DNA of 64,000 nucleotides from Cystobasidiomycetes sp. EMM_F5. Taxonomy: Eukaryota. Shown one piece after another: positions 52,630 to 64,000 of this stretch. A model generated the notes under the pieces. The model had not been told where the DNA came from. It ran no database searches and worked only from the letters and a program-made list of their open reading frames with translations. The stretch spans positions 310,001 through 374,000 of the forward strand of contig JBPGPT010000007.1 in NCBI GenBank assembly GCA_051047955.1. The letters are read 5' to 3'. The position numbers were made by a program, and so were the translations under genes. Numbering within the stretch: position 1 is the stretch's first letter; every line of letters begins with the position of its first letter.

Positions 52630-54315
52630 TCATGCTTTGGCTACCCAGGCACGGACATAGTCAGCGAAGGACACCATGCTGAAGACAAAACACGTCAGCG
52701 TGATAAGGGTTAACATATGATACTGATGCTCACCATACTGTCTGCCATATGCGTGGATATCGCAAAAAAAAAAATCAGCGACCGAGAATGTGCGATAGTT
52801 GGTATCTTTAACTTATCTAGTCCGATTCTTGGTGTTACACCACGGTAAAGCGCTTTCAGTCCTCCCTCTTTGTAGATGTATCCTAGGGTGCTGGAACCCC
52901 ACGTAAGTCTTTAAGTCCAACTTTTGAACATATCGTGCTTATTCTATACTTACTTGAAGACAGTCAACTTCGCCGGCCTGTTTGGATTGGCTGCCGAGCT
53001 TTTTGCCATTGATTGCATCTCGACACGGACGACTTCGATAGGTTGATTCCACGTGCCGAGTGCTCCACCAACACTGGACGCAAGAATCTTTTCGATGGGT
53101 GTCAGCTTGTCATTCGGACCGTCCTTATTTCGGATCTTGCGAATTCCTTGTTCTGCCAATCTTGCGATGCCGATACGGGAGCCCCAGTTGGTACATTGTC
53201 GTACAGCTACCGCATTGACACCCTTATTGATTCCCGCCAATCCTTCCCTCCTGTAAATATCGGCAAACAGCTTCCACGTGGATGGCGGCTTCTCAGCGCC
53301 CGTCACCACGGCTTTGTGTCTTGTAATCTCGGCAGTCTTCATGGCTGTACAGATGGAGAGCGAGTACGAACAAATATCAGCAGGATTGTCGCAGCACGCC
53401 GAGACGGTTAACAGCTCACTCGTGCAGAATCCCATCGTAGCGTACGCTTGCACGATACCACCACCCATCCCTCCAAGTAGACCGGCGACTCCTGGACTTA
53501 AATCGGCTGCAACTGCGCGAGTTTCAATTTCGGCTGCTGTGAAGAGGAGGACTGCTCCTTTTGTCGACGCTTCGATCCACGCCCTGACGGTTCAAGCATT
53601 GATCAGTAGATGACCTAGTCCATCATGCATGCAAAATGAGTGTCTTGCAAGATAGCTTACCATGGAATCAGACCTTGGTAGACTATAACGAATAGATTTA
53701 GCAAGTGATGCAAGTGAGGCACAGCACGCGCAACCCACATCCAGCTACTCCGCCCCTGCTCCACACAGTCGCAATAGCTTGAGGTACGGTTTGCTGTCTG
53801 TTTTGTTCGGAGCCAGTCAGTCCGTGTTGTGCCGTGTAGGTCCGCTATAAGGTTGCCTACCTGTTGGAAGCCATTTGCGTCTTTAGGACCTGCAGAACAA
53901 TGAACGACGTGTCAGCAGCACATCTGTAAAGTGCGATACGTGAGCATTTACTTCTAGAGGTTGTCCAAGGGTCGTTACTTCAAACATGCTGGAAAAGGAC
54001 AATGAGCAACCGCAACCCGGCGGACAGATTGTTGGATCCACTTACTTCATGATGGCTGAATGACATTGCCCAGACACAAAACGCCCGGAGAGACAAGAAG
54101 ATTAATGCGTCGGCTTCACGGGTTGCGCTGTTGCATAAACAGAGTCTGGTCGAGCTTACCACCTGCAGCAGGAGCGCGTCAAAATTACAGCACACATCAG
54201 ACACACGCTCCAGCTCATTGTTCACTCGGATAGACCCACCGACTGCGATATTGCTGTACGAGACCTTTTTCCGCTGTCCCTTTACGAGCGGCGCTGATGG
54301 GGCTCCGACTGCCAT
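52630..54315 (-). CDS. YHM2: Mitochondrial citrate/oxoglutarate carrier
   Basis: [87 protein letters not shown]. Confidence 0.93.
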
Positions 54316-54853
54316 TGCTGATGTTTGGGAGAGGGAGTAGTGCAGTCAACAGGCAGGATGGCAGATATGCAACACAAGTTGTCCCTGTGTTGGCGGCAGT
54401 ATTGGTAGGAATTTGTATTGACTTTACTTGAATCCTGTTTGATTTCCTCAACATGGCTCGCGACGGAACGACGGAGGACTGACTGAGGTTGAGTGGCGAC
54501 ATGCATGGACGAGATTGGAGCGCGAACTTGATGGATACTACAGACAAACTACACTAGAACTGACAGAAAAGTACGTATGAGAATAACAGCTTCTCCTCCG
54601 GTCGGCTACTGTGCTGGATGGAAATTTTGCGGAGACGACGGACCGCACGGACCCACTTTGAATGTAAACGGTGACTCTACGCAACTCACGGATACTGAAA
54701 GACGCACTGCTCGCATACTGCCCCAACTACAAACTTACTCTAGCCTGCGCTCCGCATTGTCCATAATTCGGCCAACACAACCGTACCTATGACCTGAATA
54801 TCCGCAAAACGTCGAGCAAGGCCATCGCATCGAGGTGAGGTCTCGTGCGACAC

Positions 54854-57800
54854 TCACTTATTTGCCAGGTCCATCTGCAGCTTCAGATTGATTTCCTGTA
54901 ATGACTCCACTTCCCTTCTGTACTGCACCTCCAATTCGGCAAACTTCTTGTTCGAGGCAGCATGTAGCGCTTCTAGATGTTGCAACGTCTCGTCCACCTG
55001 AGCATGCAACTTTGCTTTCTCCGCCTCCGATACCCCGAGTCTCGTCTCTACCTCCTTTAATTGGTTTTGCAGAGGCACAACGGAGTCATTGACAACTTGC
55101 TGCGCTCCGTTTGTATTTTGCCTAGTCGAGTTCATTTCTTCCTGAAGGCGTTGGATTTCTTCATTTGCTCGAGTGAGATCCTGCTGAGCTGACTGACGCG
55201 CCGCCTCAAATTCCGCCGTCAGCTGTTTCTCCAGTGCAGCGAGCGTTTCTCCCGACTCGGCAAGTTCACGCTCGTGTAATTCGGAAATCATATCGAGCTC
55301 ATCTTTTGCCATCTGATCCGCCGCAGCCAGCTTTCCTTTCATCGTCTGAACTTCGGTGGTAGCGGCTTCCAGTTCTGCACGTACGGCATCTATATCGCCC
55401 TTGTCAGTGTTTGATGAGCTACTCGCGGCCAATGCAGAATTGGCAGCGGCGAGGGCTTCCTGTGCCGCACTGGCAGATTCTTGTGCTGCATGTAGCTGCT
55501 CTTTGTGCGTCTCTATCTCGCCTTGTAGGCGTTCATATGCCTGCTTGTGATCGGATCGCGCATCTGCCAGGTCCTGCACCAAAGACGCTGTAGCAGCTGA
55601 CAAGGCGGTCGCGTGATTCTCTGTCGCTCGATGTAGATCGGATGCATGAGTCATTTTCAGCTGATCAGATCCTGTATCAGCCAGGTGTTTGTAATTTCTT
55701 GTCGCTGTGCACAGACCTCCTCGAAAGCCACGGCCGATGACGTCTTGAAAGCTTCCAGCTCAGCTTGTAGTGCTTCTTCAGCTTCTTTCCTAGCTTGCTC
55801 GATAGCATTCACGTGTTGTGTTGCAGTAGATGCTGCTTGCTCTAACAAGGCAGCCTGATGTTGCTGTCTTTGTGCCTGCAAAAGAACGTTAGCCTCTGTA
55901 TTGCTCTGCCAAAGACGGACCGTGGGTGAGACCACGATAAGACATGCCTCCAACGCAATCTTTGCATCTTCCTCATTGCTCTGCCAAGCCGTCTCTTTCT
56001 CAAGAAGCTGTCTCGTAATAGTGGATAATTGCGCGTGCAAGTCTCCGATTTCTTGAAGCGATTCGGCTTTTGCGTTGTCGAGAGCTTTCTGCAACTTCTC
56101 GTCCATTTCTACCTGTATCGCTGCCATAGCAGATATCTGGGCTTGCTTGGCGAGCTCGAGTTCGGAGTCATGAGCAGCTTTGAGATTCTTCACTTCCAGT
56201 TCATGAGCAGCGGTAGCGGCTTCAAGAGCTTCAGCAATCTTCTCGTTTCTAGTCCTTTGCATCTCCGAGATCCGCTCGTCGTGAGATGCGACAAGATCCT
56301 TTGTAGACTGCTGATGCTCCTCTTGAAGAGCATTTCGAGCATCCTGCGCTGTGTCCCTTTCTTTCTGAAGTGCCAACTCCTTCTGCATGAGCTCTTTCGT
56401 GATGTAGCTCAATTGGGCCTGTAGTTCTGCAATCTCTTGCAAAGACTCAGCCTGTGCGCCCTCAATTGCTCGCTGGATTCTCTCGTCCTCTGCAATCTGA
56501 CTAATCTCTCGTACAGTAGAAAGGACGTCTGCGTGTTCCGCTTTCAAGCGCTCAATTGAAGCACTGTGGTTTGCCTTGAGCTCGTTGAGTCGCTTGATGT
56601 GGGTCTCGGACGCGGCATCGATGCACTGAAGCATTCGATCTTGTTCATCCTTTTCTCGACGAGCAAGTGTATCGGCATGTTCCGCTTTGAGGCCCTCAAT
56701 AATTTCGTGGTGTGTCGAGTTCAGCTCTTCCAGAGCTGCTTTCTGAGATGCGGTCCTGTCCTCAATGTCCTTCTCCAACCGGGTCACCCGCTCGTGATGC
56801 GTTATGCTTAGATCCAGCAGAGCCTTGGCATGCCCCTCCCCAAGCGCCTCTACGACCTGCTGGTTATGATCGACGAGATTCTGCAGTTTCCGGTTCGTAC
56901 TTTCCAGCTCGGACGTCGCCACTGCATTGGCTTCGAGGATACCGAGTGTTTGCTGCAATTCTCGAGACGCTCGCAGCATCTCCGCCGATTGCCGGTCTGC
57001 CAATACCGCCTTTTCTTCAAGTTGTGTCATGGTAGCAGCTCGATTGTCCGCTTCCCCTTTCAGAGCATCTACTTCTTGCTTGTACTTCTCTGCATTCGCC
57101 TTGGCTTCTTCTACTTCTGCTCTCGCTGCAGCTAGGTCTGTCGCAAGTGAACATTCGACCTGGTTGTTATCTTTGACGTCTGTAGGTCTCGCCCCCGCAG
57201 CTTCCACAAGCTCATCCGGTTCTATCGATGCGATTGTTGACTGCTGTTGTGGAACAGACATAGCAGTCAGACGTGCTTCGAGCTCGTCTATCCTTTCTTG
57301 CTTTTCGCCGAGAGCGGCCTGTAGTGCGATGACCTGTTCGACCGGTACCTCTCAGCGATCATCACTCCCTCTCTCGCCAAATACAAAATGCCACGACGAC
57401 TCACCCTCGCATCTTGCGAGTCTCCTTGCAACGACGATCCCCTCACCCTCTCCTTCGTAGCTGTGCCTGTCGACATGACAGACAGTCTCCTCCCTCCCGC
57501 TGCCGCAGAGGTATTGACTGCACTCCTCGGTGTACCCGGCACCACGCCATTCTTCCTTGTAGTAGTGGCCATTGCGGAAGGAGTTGGCACTACAGACGTT
57601 CGTCGAGCGGCGGAGACGGATGCGGCTGCGGATAGAGGTGCGCGTGTGGCCGATACGGACGAAGAGAGGGGTTTACCTGTCCTGCGAGCGGGAGTCTGTA
57701 CGGGAGGAGGAGGACGGACTGTCGAGGCGGTTGAAGATGTGCGAGAGGCCGTAGAGGAAGTAGGTCTCTCTGGCGGTGTTGATGGATTGGCGTCTTTGGG

Positions 57801-58322
57801 CGAGACTTTGGCTGGGTCGACTGGTTTGAATGCTTGTTGTGGTAGAGTGCGCTGATTTGAGATTTGCGGCTTTGGAGGTAGTGCTCGAGTGCTGAAAGTG
57901 CCGTTTGGCCTTGGGTGACTTCTTGCGGGGACTGTAGGGCGAGTAAATGATGCCTTGACTGGGGAAGCTATTGCCAAAGTCGAAGGACGGGATGCGGGTC
58001 TAATCGTCGTTGCAGTTGCACCCTTCACACCTGCCTTACCCTGCCGTGCACTGGATGCAATGGACGCCCTGTTGACTGCCGAGGGCCGTGCGCTCTGTCT
58101 CTCGGCAGACGAGGGGCTGCGTACATCATCAGAAGGGGTGGATGCGGATGAACAGTTGACGAGGGATGCAGTGATTATGTCAGCCTGTGGGGGTGTGTCG
58201 TCTAGAGAGGGTGACGGGGATGCAGTGGCGGTCTGTGTGACGCTGTCGAGGGAGGGGGGAGTGATGGGGGGAGAGGAGGATAGTTTATCCGGGTGCACCA
58301 TGGACGTTGGTATCGTCGACAT
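54854..58322 (-). CDS. Large protein with basic S/T/P-rich disordered N-terminus and long acidic coiled coil
   Basis: Three long ORFs joined by introns; heptad-rich E/Q/A/L composition with internal repeats. Confidence 0.75.
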
Positions 58323-58395
58323 TGTTGTAGTGCATTAGTCATCGTCCACCCAAGTGTGCCTTGTTAATTACTCGGAGCATGACACGCTCAACCAT

Positions 58396-58405
58396 ATCAC
58401 GTGAT
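58396..58405. promoter_or_regulatory. Palindromic E-box ATCACGTGAT in a short bidirectional promoter
   Basis: Perfect 10-bp palindrome containing TCACGTGA, midway in the ~155 bp between the divergent start codons at 58322 and 58478. Confidence 0.4.
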
Positions 58406-58477
58406 CAGTTTCAACTTTGAATTTTGCGACACTTTACGAATAATTTGCATCTGATTCCCCTGCAACACTCTGCCAGC

Positions 58478-61400
58478 ATGGAGATGGACAATGACACTCC
58501 CGCTCAAATACCACCATCGGGCCTGCAAGACCCAGACAATCCCACTCCCAATCCCCCTCCGAGCCTGGCAAACTGGTCACGCCTGCCAGCCAGCCAGGCG
58601 CACGATCAGACAGAGGTGTACGGGAGGCTGTTTGCCAGGCAGGCCATAAAGCATCAGAAGAGGATACCCTTCTCGACGGCACTGGTGAGCGGGGCAAACA
58701 GTATTCCCATTGCAAAGGCAAAGGAGAAGGAGATCAACAAGAAGATTATACGCACGGCTCTCCTGCACCGTATACGCTTCATCGACTGGTCCCCGTCGAG
58801 CATCACCGCACTCGCTCTCACTCCCCCGACGTGGGATCCAAAGGTCGCCTTTCCGAGCATGCCCAGCATACACGCAACCACACCGAGCACGTCGACTGCG
58901 GCAGGGAGGGAGGTACTCGCCGTAGCCAGGCAGTGCGGGAGTGTCGAGATTTACGTGTGGATCGGAGGCGAGGGGAGCATCAGAGGGGGTAAGAGTGGGA
59001 ATGGCAACGGAAAGAGGCAAACCCAGGCAAACAGGCAGGGTTGGGTGCTGATAAAGGTGGGTCGACTTACGTGGCACGCAATGTGCATACTCTGACGGTG
59101 GGCTTTATTACACTCATCTCTGATTGTTTCGACAATCTTTGATCGTGCTGACAATCTCTGATGTATATAACAATACCTGACGGTGCTTGCAATTCCTTTT
59201 CGTATTCCAGACCCTCGCAGCTCCATACCCGTCTCGCGTAGAGCACCTTGTATTCACACACCAATACTCGCTATCGCCCAACGATCTAGACCTGCTAGAC
59301 GAAGGAGAGGAGCAACAGAGGGAGTTAGAGAAGCTGACAAGAGCTAGGCCAAGGCTCTTCTCTGCAGGCGGAGGGAGCGACGTTTGGGAGTGGGACTGGC
59401 AGGATGGTGGGATTGCGACAGTCTCGGTGAGCATACTATCGAATTGTTAGAGGTTGTATGTTTGAGACTGATTATGGGTGCCTGTGGCTTGCTCTATGTC
59501 TCCTTCTTCATCTCTCTCCTGGTCCTTGTTTCTGTTCTCCCGCCCTCTTCCCCTCTGTCCCTCTTGCTGTCCTCTCTGTGTTTTGCTCGCTGGGCCGTGT
59601 GTATCTCCGTTCGTCCTACGTCTTCCCGTTACGCACATCTCCTTCTTCCTCCGATACTTTCTCATCCCCTCGCTTTCCGCACCTACAGCGTACACTCTCC
59701 TCGCAAGGCGGAGCAATCTGGTCAATGGCCGTGAATCCGTCTCACACAAAATTGGCATTAGGCTGCGACGACGGGGCAGTCCGCATCATCTCTCTACTCG
59801 ATGGCGAGTTTGAGCATGTTCGAAAACTCGACGGGTGCAAGAGTCGGCTTCTGAGTATTGCTTGGGGTCCGATGCGCAGAGTCGTTTCGAAAGGCAAAGG
59901 AAAAGGAAAAGCGCGAGGTGGTGGTGCTACCGATGACGATATGAGTGGAGAGGATAGAGTCAACGACGATGATGATGACGACGCGTTTCTTCAGACATCC
60001 TGGGAGGACAGCTATATCGCAACAGGATGCGCAGATTCATCCGTCCGAAAATGGGATACGCAGACGGGAAGGTGCGAGTTCAAAATGACAACGGACAAAT
60101 TACAAGGCGAACAGACGCTCGTGTGGGCGTGTGCGGCTTTGCCAGACGGAACAATCGTCTCGGGAGACTCGATGGGAAACGTTAAGTACTGGGATGCGGA
60201 GTTTGGAACGCAATTGCAGAACGTCAAGGCTCATGATGCAGATGTTTTGTGTCTGACTGTCGGGCCGGTAAGCAACGCTCTTCTCGTGTTCGTTTACTAC
60301 AAATCAAGTTAACGCTTTTGAACTTGGTATAGGACGGCAAGAGCGTATACAGTACTGGAGTAGATCAGAAGGTGACACAAATGCAATATGTTGACATTAC
60401 AGCCACCAATGGAGATGCCCAGTCCACTCAAAAAAGAGCGAGGTGGGAATCGACACATACACGGCGTCTCCACACGCACGATGTACGTGCCATTGCCATT
60501 TCACCTTCTGCTATCCTGCCCGGGCCCCTTCTTCCACCTCGCATCGTAGAACGTGCGCTTCAACAGACAATCGTACCCATACTCATCACTGGCGGACTGG
60601 ATTTCTCACCAGTCTTTACGCCAGCCGGAACGGTTGGAAATGATCGACGCCCGCCCAATCCAGTCTCCGATGGCTCTACTACATTCTCTGCTGCGTATCA
60701 GAGACAAGCGCCATTCATTCCTCATCGCAATTCTCCAATTGCCCTGTCTCGCCAGAGTAATGTCATCACCTGCAGAAAGGACAATACCGTCGATATCTGG
60801 TCACGCCCCCAGGCGAATGGAGCGACATCAGAGTCGGGCAAATGGGAGAAAGTGCTTGAATTGCAAGTCAAAGTGTCTACTAGCCTCTTGTCGTCATGCG
60901 TCTCGCCAGATGGAAGGTGGCTAGTCGTTTCAGACGCTTACGAAGCGAGGCTTTTCCGCCTTTCACAGAGCGTAAGTTTGGGTCCCATTATACTTTCGAG
61001 TCTCCTTGATACTGACTGACAAAATGCTTGTGCACAGAAGAAGGACGGGAAATTGAAGGCAAAGCGAAACGACTCGTTCTCGAGCCTCATCGCGTCACAC
61101 ACAATCTTGAAGGACGATGCAGCTTCCACACAGATAGCCTTCTCTCCGGATTCTGGCAAACTCATTCTCGCCACCGTGGCCGGTTCACGTCTTGTCGTGC
61201 TTGCATTGCCAGATACCTCTGCCGGATCAGTTGAGGTATTGCGTATATTTGAACAGCACAGACACTCGCGGGCGGTGGGCATTGCCGGACGAGTACTTGC
61301 CGGTAGCAGGAAATTGCCAAATGGCATCAACGGACACAAAAGGACCGCACTTGACGACTCGGATGGTTCTAGTGATGAACAGAGTGAAGAAGGCACTCAA

Positions 61401-62150
61401 GACGATTCGGATACAGGAACAGAGGAAGCTGACATGGAAGGCGAGATGATTTCTACAATCACCAATATGACGGTCAGTCTTGATGGGCAATGGTTGGCGT
61501 CTGTTGATTGTGCGCGTCGGCTACACGTCTTCAACCTCGACTCACTACAACATCACGGCACGCTTCCTTCACTCGATTTGCCAGCGTCTGCGCTCGCGTT
61601 TTCTCCTACCACTGCCTCCCTCCTCGCCGTTGGATTAGCCAACAACACTGTCAACTTCTTTGATGTAGAAACGAGATGTATCCCATGGTGGGCTCAAAAT
61701 CTGGCAAACAGGCCGAGTGGGGCTCTCACCGTTCTTCGCGATCCTCTGATGGGTATGGCATACGATCCTATTCCTGCCGAGCCCACAAAGAACGTGTTGA
61801 TCCTCTACGGCGCTACGTGGCTCTGCAAAATGATTGTTCCGTCCATGTCGACTGTAGATCAAGCTCACCAGATCAACAGCAGAGAAGCACCGTCCACTGT
61901 AAAACGCAAGGAGATGAGCGATGACGATGAGGATACGGTTGAAGGCGGTCAGGAAGCAGCAGCAGTCCCAAGGCAGAAAATGAGGATACCTCGATCGACT
62001 ATACAGACGGAGGTCTTTCACAAGTATCATTCGATACTCATGGTCGACTTTAACGCGAAAGGCGAACTCATTGTCGTCGAACGCCCTTACTTTACTATGC
62101 TGGGCCAAATGGCGCCCGCTTTCGTGGGAAAAAAGTATGGTCGGTCGTGA
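58478..62150 (+). CDS. UTP4: U3 snoRNP/SSU processome WD40 protein Utp4 (cirhin)
   Basis: LHRIRFIDWSPSSITALA, RLFSAGG, GGAIWSMAVNP, SRLLSIAWG, IVSGDSMGNVKYWD, RRLHTHDVRA, ELIVVERP...KKYG. Confidence 0.93.
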
Positions 62151-62601
62151 TTTGGCAGGAAAGTCGAAGTCTTTGCTGTACACTTGTAGCTTGCGATTAG
62201 GACTCGAGAAGAACCATGTTGTGACGGGCCTTCACATTCACATGTTGTTGTTGGCTGTAAGGCGGAAACGAAATGGGCGCATAAAACGAGGACAGTAAAT
62301 CGAAAGGACAGCAATACCCTGCAGTCGCATTTTTTGGTTTGATAAATTTCGTAAAGAAACCCCATCATCATCAAAAGACTCTGCTCTAGATTCACAAACC
62401 CTGTATATGCAAACTTTTGAGGTGTTGGTGGGACAAAGTAAAAGAGATGCGACACGTCCCAACATCGATGGCAAGACTGACGAGCTAAAGGAGGGACTAC
62501 AAACGCTTCGACTGACAGCCTTACTCTCGCTGTTGTGACGGACGTGATGCGCACGGGAGGATGGGCGACGGTTGAGGAGGGAATCAGGCAAAGCGGAACG
62601 C

Positions 62602-64000
62602 TTAGCCGGAACCTCCGGAGTATACTTTTCCAAACAGCAATTCCTGCAGCTTGTCGTACATCGAAAGGACACCTTTTGTTTTAATAAAGTCAGCATGCAA
62701 GAACGCAAATTGCTCTCGTTGTCTGTCTCACCTGCACCAGCAACACCACGGAGGATGTTGGCACCGGCCTATGGTGACAGAAGTAAATTTAGCGACACTC
62801 GCGATACCCTGCCTGCGTCTCGACCTACACCCTTGAAGAGCGACTTGACACCCTCGGCACGGACAATCTGTGCACCAGCGTCCAACATGTTCTTGTAATG
62901 GACCTTTTCACCAGAAGTCATCATCATACGACGACGGATAGTGTCGAGTGGGTAAGACGCGATACCGGCACCGGTGGTGACGGACCATCCGAGGAGGAAT
63001 GAAGCGAGGAAAGAACCTTGGAGCGAGCCGGTGAGGACGACGGGCTTGAGCGAGTCGTACATGCCGAAGTAGAGACCACGGTAGACTATGATACCAACTA
63101 CGGATGGGACGAATCCACGGTAGACTAGACGATTCAAGTCACTTAGTATTGCCTGGTCCGGGAAGAATTAGGACAACAACTTACGACCGGCAACACCATC
63201 AGTAGCTAAAGTCTTCTTGTAGACATCCAGGAGACCGTTGAATTGACGTTCACCTCCGCCCTTCTTGGCAGACTTGTTGTCGTTGGCCAGACGGGTACGG
63301 GCATAGTCGAGCGAGTAGACGAAGAGGAGGGAAGAGGCACCGGCCATACCACCGGAAGCAAGGTTACCAAACAACCACCAGCCGTATCCGTCACGCTTCT
63401 GGGTGTAGCCGAACAATGACCTAGACAGTGTACGCGTTAGAAGATGCTGGAGTGCAGCAGGGAGGAACTCACTTGAAGTAGTCCTTGAAGGCAAAGTTGA
63501 GGGCTTGGGTGGGGAAGTATCGGATGACGTTGGCGGTGTTGCCTCTCCAGACTGGTGGATTGAATTGTATGAGCAGTCTGAAAACAGATGTAAAAGCACG
63601 CATTCACTCACAAGAGACCATACCCTCGTCGGCGTACGTCCTGCGGGCGCAGTCTGCGATACCGGCGTAGGGGGTAGCCAGACGACCTGAGACGCGCGAC
63701 AAGACAACTCAGCGCAATGCTTCGCTGGATGCAACAGCCGAGACTAACCAGACTTGATCATCTCTCCCTGGTTCTGTACGAGCAGCTTGATACGCTCAAT
63801 GGGGGCAGCTGCACTATAATCCGGCAAACCCATCAACACCGGTCGCACCACGCACGACGACGACATGCGACTCACGTCTTCGCAACAGCGGCAGACACAC
63901 CACCCATCATGAAATCGGCTGTGGGTCGGATGGTCACTGTCAGTCTGCAAGCCCTCGACCACCAACCACCCCCCAAATTCTGCCAGACGCACTCAGGAAA
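62602..64000 (-). CDS. AAC: ADP/ATP carrier (5' end at or beyond the window edge)
   Basis: [65 protein letters not shown] signature. Confidence 0.97.

Noticed and set aside
1..64000. Many antisense and overlapping ORFs in the track; transposon, viral or CRISPR-like elements
   Set aside because: Most short ORFs are shadows of real exons. I saw no transposase, RT or integrase motifs, LTRs, TIRs or repeat-spacer arrays.
29177..64000. Three mitochondrial carriers, and two VPS genes across the window, as functional clusters
   Set aside because: They belong to different subfamilies or complexes and are separated by unrelated genes, consistent with chance in a compact genome.

Overview
This is eukaryotic, intron-rich, gene-dense fungal DNA. 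Introns are mostly 50-80 nt, with GT(A/G)AGT donors and CTRAY branch points, and the protein style suggests a basidiomycete yeast (taxonomy is inference). About 30 protein-coding genes can be reconstructed. They include FAM32A-like, CGR1, RPB8, a head-to-head pair of uncharacterised paralogs, VPS18, a divergent SRPK-like kinase, cullin-4, an HMG-box factor, a histidine phosphatase, RPL32, three mitochondrial-carrier-family genes (an atypical one, YHM2, AAC), VPS28, two alpha/beta hydrolases, FOX2, an ADY2/GPR1 acetate permease, an SRPBCC protein, a SET protein, a secreted carboxylesterase, a MOCOS-like PLP enzyme, a coiled-coil protein and UTP4. I see no transposon, CRISPR array, rRNA or tRNA. 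The strongest oddities are in RNA processing: an apparent U2-type AT-AC intron and a 3-nt exon in YHM2, an RPB8 start codon split by an intron, several GC-AG introns, and a ~310-nt densely self-complementary intergenic element that looks like an unannotated structured RNA. A mitochondrial-carrier-fold protein with a vacuolar-type dileucine signal and an extra TM helix is also notable. Gene models were spliced by eye, so boundaries are approximate where stated.
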